A DNA stretch of 17,577 nucleotides. It comes from Eledone cirrhosa. Taxonomy: Eukaryota. The stretch lies in the NCBI GenBank assembly GCA_964016885.1, contig CAXHJY010000627.1, positions 1 to 17,577 of the forward strand. The letters run 5' to 3'. Positions 9,611 to 17,577 of this stretch are shown here, in pieces. Within the stretch, counting starts at the first letter, position 1; each line of letters opens with the position of its first letter. Under the pieces are notes generated by a model. It made no database searches and was not told the DNA's origin. It saw only the letters and a program-made list of their open reading frames with translations. The translations under genes and the position numbers were made by a program.

Positions 9611-10115
9611 TTTCTGCCAGGATTTGTGACCGGTAGATAGTATCAGCAATGGAAAGACCAATGGAAACATTGTCTCCTTGATGCGATTTGACGAGTAAGC
9701 GAATGAGATCCGGGATCTTCTCTATTGATTCGATCGATATATGCAGTGAAGCGACAAGTTAGAAATGACTGTCCAATAACGCGATAAATAATAGTGTCAA
9801 GAGGGTTCAAGGTAAGGCTCATGGCAAGGGTCAATGGCAAGGGTCAATGCTTGACATTCCCTACTGACTTCCGTGAACTCTGGAATAGCTGCCATAAAGG
9901 ATCTACCAATTATATAGTGGCGATGGTTTAATAGATTCTCCATTTCCCTCTTACTCTTTAACATATGCTATGTCTTGAGCCAGCGTTCGGAATCAATACT
10001 TATTCTATCAATTCATTTATTCTTTCGCCCACTCGTTCGTTCGTTCGTTTCTTCGTTCCTTCCTTCCTTTCTTCACCCTTCTTTCTTTCTCCTTCCCATC
10101 TCACTTTTCTTCATT

Positions 10116-10300
10116 ATTGGCAGTATCGGTAGAGGGTCGGACGCCATGCTTTGACGCATAGAGTTACGGCCCTGGCCATTCTGAGTTCAAATCCCGCCGA
10201 AGTTAACTTCGCTTTTCATCCTTACGGGGTCGATAAAATAAAGTACCAGTAATACACTGGGGAAGTTGCTGGCCTTGTGCCAAAAGTAGAAACAATTATT
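10116..10300 (+). mobile_element. SINE family C copy
   Basis: Aligns with 5452-5633 (shares TTTGACGCA.AGAGTTACGGCCC) through GTAGAAACAATTATT. Confidence 0.85.
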
Positions 10301-10403
10301 AGTCCCTCACATAACCCCCTCCTTCCGTGATATATATATATCGTCTTTCTCTACTTCATACCAGCACCACCAGCACCCCCCCCAACAACAACAACAACAA
10401 AAA

Positions 10404-10942
10404 TGGTGATGTTGGTGGTGGTGGTGGTGGTGATGGTGGTGGTAGAAGTGATGGTGGTGATGGTAGTGATGGTGGTGGTGATGGTGGTGTGGTGGTGGTC
10501 GTCGTGGTGGTAGTCTTGGTGGTGGTGGTGTGGTGGTGGTGGTGACGGTGGTGGTAGTAGTATTGGTGGTGGTGATGTTGGTGTGGTGGTGGTAGTAGGG
10601 ATGGTGGTGGTGATGGTGTTGGTGTTGGTGGTGGAGGTGGTGTGGTAGTAGTCGTGGTAGTGGTGGTAGTGATGGCAGTGGTGGAGTTGGTAGTGATGGT
10701 AGGGGTAGTGGTGATGGTGTTGTTGTTGTTGTTGTTGTTGGTGGTGGTGGTGAAGTGGTGATGGTGGTGGTGGTATTGGTGGTGGTGGTAGTGTGGTGGT
10801 GATGGTGGTGGTGGTAGTGTTGGCGGTGGTGGTGGGGTGGTGTTAGTGATGGCGGTGTTGGTGTTGGTGTTGTTGGTGGTGGTAGTGTTAGTGATGGTGG
10901 GGGGTGGCGTGGTGGTGTTAGTGATGGTGATGGTGGTGGTGA
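10404..10942. repeat. (GGT/GAT/GTT)n trinucleotide low-complexity tract
   Basis: Direct reading; source of the poly-Thr/Pro/His/Val ORFs. Confidence 0.95.
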
Positions 10943-11045
10943 GGATGTCGTCAAATAAAACTGCCACAAACATATTTTCCGCTCTTTATTTCTCTAAATG
11001 GAAACAGTCTTCATTTAGATAATTAATTGCTGGCCGACCTTTTAA

Positions 11046-11488
11046 CACCACCACCACCGCCACCACTACCACGACGACGACGACCACCACCACTACCACC
11101 ACTACCACTACCACCACCACCACCACCAGCACCACTAAGACCACCACCACCACCACTACGACGACCACCACCACTACTACGACGACGACGACGACCACCA
11201 CCACCACCATCACTACCAACAACAATCCTACCACCCCACCCCACCACTACCAACAGCAACAACAATAACAACAGCAATCGCACCACCATCACCACCACCA
11301 CTACCCTAACAACAACAACAGTAACAACAACAGCTACAGCAACAGTAACAACAACATCAACAGTAACAACAACACCAACAACAGCAACAGTAACAACAGC
11401 AGTAACAACAACAGCCACAACAACAGCTACAACAACAGTCACAACAACAGCTACAACAACAACAACAGTAACAACAACAGCAACAACA
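11046..11488. repeat. (ACC/ACG/AAC)n trinucleotide low-complexity tract
   Basis: Direct reading; composition complementary to 10404-10942. Confidence 0.95.
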
Positions 11489-11523
11489 TGGCGGAAACCA
11501 GCACAAGAACAGCTAAACCAACA

Positions 11524-11565
11524 ACCGCCATTACAACACCATATACCGCCATTACAACATCATAT
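11524..11565 (+). repeat. 21-bp tandem duplication
   Basis: ACCGCCATTACAACACCATAT followed by ACCGCCATTACAACATCATAT (1 mismatch). Confidence 0.85.
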
Positions 11566-11862
11566 ACACACACAAGACTGAATCTCTTGTATAAACAATA
11601 TATTACATTCATCATTGATTATTCCAGATCTGTCTAAGTCCTCTCCACACCAAATCATAACAAACTAAAACCACAATAATACTAATAAATACAAAAAAAA
11701 AAAATTAAATAAAGAAAAATAACACAAAAACCCCTCAAAAATAGCGCATCTCTCGCCAACATAGCGTACACAAACGCCAACATCCACAGATAAATTATGG
11801 AATGGATCTCAGTTGGTTTCGACGATGCATGTATAGTTGTTGAATAAAACGAAATAGCAAGC

Positions 11863-12017
11863 TACTCTCTTACCCTTTCACCTGTCCCAGCCAACCGGCT
11901 GAGGCCATGCTGGGGCACCGCCCTTGAAATTAACATTTAAAAAAATGGCCGAGTAATATCGCAGGCGTCGCGTGTGGTGTACCTTTGACGTAATTCTCAG
12001 GGAGATTCAGTGAGACA
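11863..12017 (-). mobile_element. Degraded SINE fragments
   Basis: GGCCATGCTGGGGCACCGCC resembles a cephalopod SINE tail (from memory). TAATTCTCAGGGAGATT at ~11991-12007 is identical to the family B body at ~6708-6724. Confidence 0.5.
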
Positions 12018-12129
12018 TTGAAAATGTTATGGTCTGGTCTGATCATTTGCATTACAAATACACACTCCACTTGGTTTATTTATTATTTCACAGACACGTG
12101 TAGCTTTAGCGTGACTCTAAGCGTGATTC

Positions 12130-12420
12130 TCTATATATCTTTATCTCTCTCCATCTTCCCTTTTTTTTTCACCATCCCCCTCCCTCCTCTCTTTCTCTCC
12201 CTCCTCCGCCTCTCTCTCCATATCTTCACGCCTCTCTCTGTCCCACCCTATTCTCACTTACCTCTCCTTTCTCCCTCTATCACCCTTTCTCTTCGCTCTC
12301 TCCTTTCTTCCCCCTATCTCCCTCCCTCTCCTTCCCTCTCCTTCTCTCTCCCTCACTCTCTTCTCCTCTTTCCTCCCCACCTGATCCCCCCACCCCTCCC
12401 CCCTCTCTCGTTTCCCCCCT
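12130..12420. repeat. Polypyrimidine (CT-rich) low-complexity tract
   Basis: Nearly all C/T on the plus strand. Confidence 0.9.
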
Positions 12421-12850
12421 AGATGGTTTATATATTTCCTGGACACAGATTTCTACGAAATATAACAGAAATTTTCCTCGCTAAGCAAAATAAATAAAGA
12501 AACAAATAAATCAATAATTAAATAAATTCCTTAAAATCTTTGGTTTTAGGTTTTGGTTACGATAACCATCGACATATTTCTGACATATCTTGATTAAACA
12601 AGAGATTACGATAATGACAGCAACCGGTGTACTCGGAGGGGCAAGAATATGGAGATCTTAATTTCAACACTGGACCACATTTAATATTTTTTTTTTTTTT
12701 TAAACTCAAATTTGCATATTTGTTGACATTCCGTTTGATTTTGAATGGCACAACATGCTTGAAACACCAATAAGAACTTCAACTTAGTTTAGGTTCGTGA
12801 AGACGTATAGCTTAATGTTAAAGATGGTTCGTCTAGAGTTATATATAGAT

Positions 12851-12926
12851 ATAGGAACGAGTAGGACCCCGTCGGCTGAGCTCAAGTCGTTTCGACGGCT
12901 AATTCTGGGGTCCTACTCGTTCCTAT
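12851..12926. other. 76-bp inverted repeat with perfect 20-bp arms
   Basis: ATAGGAACGAGTAGGACCCC (12851-12870) pairs with GGGGTCCTACTCGTTCCTAT (12907-12926) around a 36-nt loop. Confidence 0.95.
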
Positions 12927-13003
12927 TACCCACTCTACTACCCTAAGTATTGAGTACTTTGGTGCGTTATGGTCCATCTGGTTCCTTACCATATTTCCTT
13001 CGT

Positions 13004-13103
<100 letters not shown>

Positions 13104-13325
13104 TTAGAGCAAACATCACCGGCGCTCTATCTCAAAATTATTTTTGAAAAGCATTAGAAATGCGCAACCGGTAAAAACTTAAAACTAAAACTGAATACTA
13201 ACCAATATTTATTACTAATTTTTACTTATTCCTAATTAAACTATTTTTCACTGGGAAAAATTTGTCAGCATTTTCTTTTCCTCTTACTAATATATCACAA
13301 CTCGTGTGTTACACCTCTATTCTTT

Positions 13326-13382
<57 letters not shown>

Positions 13383-14249
13383 GTGTACTGATATTTTTGC
13401 ATACACAATAACAAAATAGAAACAAACGTATTTATTTCACGAGGCTCGATAAGGATAAATATATATCAAATATATAAGAACCCTAGAGCAAATATTGTTC
13501 TCATTGCTGACGAGGCAGAAGGGGATATTACACGATTGGCTGAAGAAGGACGAGACTGTCTTAGTAGTACGACCAACGGCTGCTATCACACCAACATCAG
13601 CAAAAACAACAACACAAATGAGAGGGAACGCCATTCAATGCTTTTGAAAATTTTAATGGAAAATTATTTGCCTATTCACCCAAGGCGACTTCACTTTTTA
13701 TTAGGACTTCTGCATCAATTGGTGAACATACAACGAAACTGTTTCAGAAAGAAAGGATAAACATGCCAATCTATGTTTAGAATGCCGAACAATGCCGGAC
13801 CATTCTGCTAGTAATGATAATAATAAAGAACACTTTTCTTTTCTTTTCTTTTCTTAATTATTAATGTTTTATAATGAAGGTGATGATAATTACGCTGATA
13901 ATGATAATAATAATAATAACAATAATAATAATAAACTGCGGTAATTGCGGTAATGCAGCTGTCTAAATGAGTAGAATTGTCGCGAATGCTGACTGCAAAG
14001 GTTGTGAAGTTTTAATTAAGACAATACGAAAACTAAAGTCGAAGTGTTAAAATATGGAAGTAGCTTTTTAAATATTTATATCAAAAACAAAATAGCTCCT
14101 GAAACAACGACGCCATCTTTGTCTACATGTTTCAACAACTAACTTGCTTCTTTCCAAACATTTCGTGTCTTTGTTTTTGTTGTTTGATTTCTTTTCTTTT
14201 ATTTCTTTCATTCTTTCACGTACTTGCTCATTTCTTGTACGTTACTTCA

Positions 14250-14849
<600 letters not shown>

Positions 14850-14964
14850 ATTAAGTCAAATATGTAAAATTTGGCTTCGTTTATTATAGATTATAGATAT
14901 ACTGCTATATATATTTCAGTCTATTTTTCATATATCTCTATCTCTATATATGTATATATACATG

Positions 14965-15018
<54 letters not shown>

Positions 15019-15725
15019 CACACTCATATATATCCCTTGTTTCTCTATACATAAACACACACATACATATATATACACATATATATCGCTTTCTCTCTCT
15101 ACACATATATCCCTTTCTCTCTCAACACACACACACACACACACGCACACAAACGCACACACACACACATATATATAGACATTCTTTGATAATTTCTGCC
15201 TTCATTATATACAATTTTATTATCCGACGCTCATCTTCACTTCTTTTTGTTTTCATATCGCCCTCATCACCCACCCTTTACACTTCCAAACCCCTCCCTC
15301 ATTACATCTATATTCTATCTCTCTATTTGTCATTACCACTACTCTCTCTTCTTCAGTCTCTTTTCATTGTTATTTTTTCTATCACTAAATAGAATTATCG
15401 AGGGTTCTTTACTGAAATTAGTTGTCTTTGAAAACAAAAGACGCCATTGAAAAATTTATAAACCACTTTAGATATTTTCTCTGTGATATTTTCCCTGTGA
15501 TTGTGTGTGTGTGTATGTGTGTTGTGTGTGTGTGTGTATGTGTGTGTGTGTGTATGTGTGTATTTACGAATATATATACGTATGTTTGTATTTGTGTTTA
15601 TGTATGTATATCTGGGCGTGTGTATGTATCTATGCGTTGCAGTGGATGCTTATATGCGTGTGTCTGTCTCTTTCTAAGTGTATGTGTGTGAGTAAATATA
15701 TATATATGTACACACACACGCACAG

Positions 15726-15758
<33 letters not shown>

Positions 15759-15914
15759 AATGGTATGGCTCCGTATCTCCAGATGGAGCCGTACCGGCGC
15801 CGTATTGACATAAGGCGTTTTGGGGGTATTTAAAAACCTGGCGGAGCACGTCTCTCTCTAGAGAAGGATAGAAGGTAAAAGAATAAAAGTGAGAAGCAAA
15901 TATAGAGGAAGAAT

Positions 15915-16044
15915 TGACACCAGTATTTGACTGGTACCTTTTGTTATTGACCGCGAAAGGAAGAAAGGTAAAAGTCGAAATTGGCGGTATTTAAACTCAG
16001 AGAGCAGAAAGCCGGATGGAATACCGCAAAACATTCTATCCGAC
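15915..16044 (-). mobile_element. Older, diverged SINE family C-related copy
   Basis: The reverse complement has CTGAGTTTAAATACCGCC..TCGACTTTTACCTTTCTTCCTTTCGCGGTCAATAAC..GGTACCAGTCAAATACTGG. Confidence 0.65.
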
Positions 16045-16045
16045 A

Positions 16046-16117
16046 TTACGGGGTCGATAAAATAAAGTACCAGTAATGTACTGGGTAATTGCTGGCCTTG
16101 TGCCTAAAGTAGAAACA
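16046..16117 (+). mobile_element. SINE family C 3' fragment
   Basis: TTACGGGGTCGATAAAATAAAGTACCAGTAATGTACTGGGTAATTGCTGGCCTTGTGCCTAAAGTAGAAACA. Confidence 0.85.
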
Positions 16118-16211
16118 GTTATAATGACTGCAAATTTGCCGCTTAGACATATATATCCAACAGTTTTGCAAGAGATGTCAACATGAATGGACCTGTTATT
16201 TTTATCTAAAG

Positions 16212-16388
16212 ACATATTTTCCAATTCCATCCCGCTTGTCCCCTCAATCTATTTTATTTCTCATTCTTTCTCCTGATGAAGGACTAGCGTCCGAAACGTT
16301 AAGACCCTCTTCCTGCTATATCAAGTGTTAACCTAATATATACCTTCCATATACTGTACCGATTGTGTTGTTATTTCTGTTTACCTTT

Positions 16389-16392
<4 letters not shown>
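16212..16392 (+). repeat. Direct repeat unit 1 (~180 bp), Penelope pLTR/retrozyme-like
   Basis: Aligns with 16595-16772 and contains a hammerhead motif. Confidence 0.85.
16269..16304 (+). ncRNA. Minimal type I hammerhead ribozyme motif 1
   Basis: CTGATGA (16273-16279), A, stem II GGAC-TAGC-GTCC (16281-16292), GAAA, palindromic (A)ACGT(T) helix III with GUU cleavage triplet (16298-16300). Stem I TCTC/AAGA has a C-A mismatch next to the core. Confidence 0.75.
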
Positions 16393-16437
<45 letters not shown>

Positions 16438-16545
16438 TCAAAAGTAGGATGATATATATATATAAAATAAACACATCAAAGACATCAGGTGGTATGGCGC
16501 ATGATTCTGATATTATCAGACATGACATCCTTAATATAATTGTCT

Positions 16546-16582
<37 letters not shown>

Positions 16583-16594
16583 ATGTATATATAA

Positions 16595-16768
16595 ACATTT
16601 TTTCCAATTCCACCTCGCCCGCACCTTCAATCTATCTAATTTCTCATTCTTTCTTCTGATGAAGGACTAGCAACCGAAACGTTAAGATCCTCTTCCAGTT
16701 ATTTCAAGCGTTAACCTAATATATTCCTTCCATATACTGCACCAATTGTGTTGTTATTTCTTTTTACC

Positions 16769-16772
<4 letters not shown>
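16595..16772 (+). repeat. Direct repeat unit 2 (~180 bp), Penelope pLTR/retrozyme-like
   Basis: Aligns with 16212-16392 at a 383-bp offset. Confidence 0.85.
16652..16687 (+). ncRNA. Minimal type I hammerhead ribozyme motif 2 (stem II weakened)
   Basis: TCTT-CTGATGA(16656-16662)-A-GGACTAGCAACC-GAAACGTT-AAGA. Stem I TCTT/AAGA is perfect, but stem II keeps only GG/CC. Confidence 0.65.
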
Positions 16773-16846
<74 letters not shown>

Positions 16847-16858
16847 AAACACACACAT
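16771..16858. repeat. (CA)n microsatellite
   Basis: Direct reading; forms the 3' boundary of direct repeat unit 2. Confidence 0.95.
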
Positions 16859-17460
16859 ATATATATAATCTAATCTAATACACTGTACTTGACTCCTAAC
16901 ACGAATGCACTGGTGTGTAGGCTTGCGAGGAAATAAATTCAAGCGTCTGCTTATAATTATTGCCGGATAAAATGAGATGCTAAGCAATTAGTTGCCGGAA
17001 GATTGGTGGTGTACATATATTTATTTCGTCCGGCCAGCCTGTGCAGATAAATACATTTCTCTTACTTTTGCCTTCGTAAATAAATAAATGTTGTTTAACG
17101 AGGAATTCAACCCGTCCAACAGCAGATACGAGTCGTTATAAGCTAATATGTTTCTCTACCTTCCTGTCACAAATTAACAACATTCCAGCCTTTGTAATCA
17201 AGTTGAGATGTTAATGGATTCCTTCAGCAACAACAACAACAGCAACAACAACAATAACATTGCTGCTTATTGGAAAAATCAGTAATTAAGTATCCGTAGG
17301 TTTGCATATCTTTTAATTCACACATGATAGCAAATGAGAATTGCTAACAAGAAAATTAACTTCTTAAACACAACCATTAATTAAAAGGTTTCGTTATTGT
17401 CACAGTTGATGTCTTTCACTCGTAACACTTCACATTGTAATAGAAAAAAAAGTAATAATA

Positions 17461-17577
17461 ATGGTTTCGGATGTAGGTACAAGGCCAGCAATTGTTGTGG
17501 GGAAGGGAAAGTTGATTATATCGACCCCAGTGCGTGATTGGTATTTTATTTTATCGACCCCGTAAAGATGAAAGGCA
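17461..17577 (-). mobile_element. SINE family C copy (long variant), cut by window end
   Basis: The reverse complement reads TGCCTTTCATCTTTACGGGGTCGATAAAATAAAATACCAATCACGCACTGGGGTCGATATAATCAACTTTCCCTTCCCCACAACAATTGCTGGCCTTGTACCTA. Confidence 0.8.

Noticed and set aside
10307-11581. Long Thr/Pro/His/Val/Gly-rich ORFs (mucin- or extensin-like)
   Set aside because: Open in several frames on both strands because of trinucleotide repeats; no unique domain or splice support.
12869-12906. Minus-strand CGAAAC within the hairpin loop as a hammerhead
   Set aside because: No upstream CUGANGA on that strand.
13474-13510. IKYIRTLEQIL resembling bHLH helix 2
   Set aside because: In-frame stops immediately upstream and no convincing acceptor; the match is too short.
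13507-13565. Hammerhead-like CTGACGA and CTGAAGA-A-GGAC..GTCT
   Set aside because: No GAAA after the putative stem II, so the catalytic core is incomplete.

Overview
This is eukaryotic, AT-rich, non-coding DNA (intronic or intergenic). The SINE sequences resemble repeats I recall from octopus/cephalopod genomes, but that is recollection, not a database result. I found no credible intact protein-coding gene; almost all listed ORFs are translations of (TA)n, (CA)n, (GA)n, (TCTA)n or (GGT/ACC)n microsatellites. Beyond many tRNA-derived SINE copies, four things stand out. (1) Three 5'-truncated 3' ends of an L1/Tx1-like LINE are each bracketed by (TCTA)n in the same polarity, suggesting a GATA-microsatellite-targeting retrotransposon. 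(2) A ~99% identical inverted duplication has ~790-bp arms (6643-7430 / 7588-8377), and its breakpoints allow the ancestral allele to be reconstructed. (3) Two ~180-bp direct repeats 383 bp apart each carry a minimal type I hammerhead ribozyme motif, a Penelope-pLTR or retrozyme-like layout. (4) A 76-nt hairpin with a perfect 20-bp stem lies at 12851-12926.
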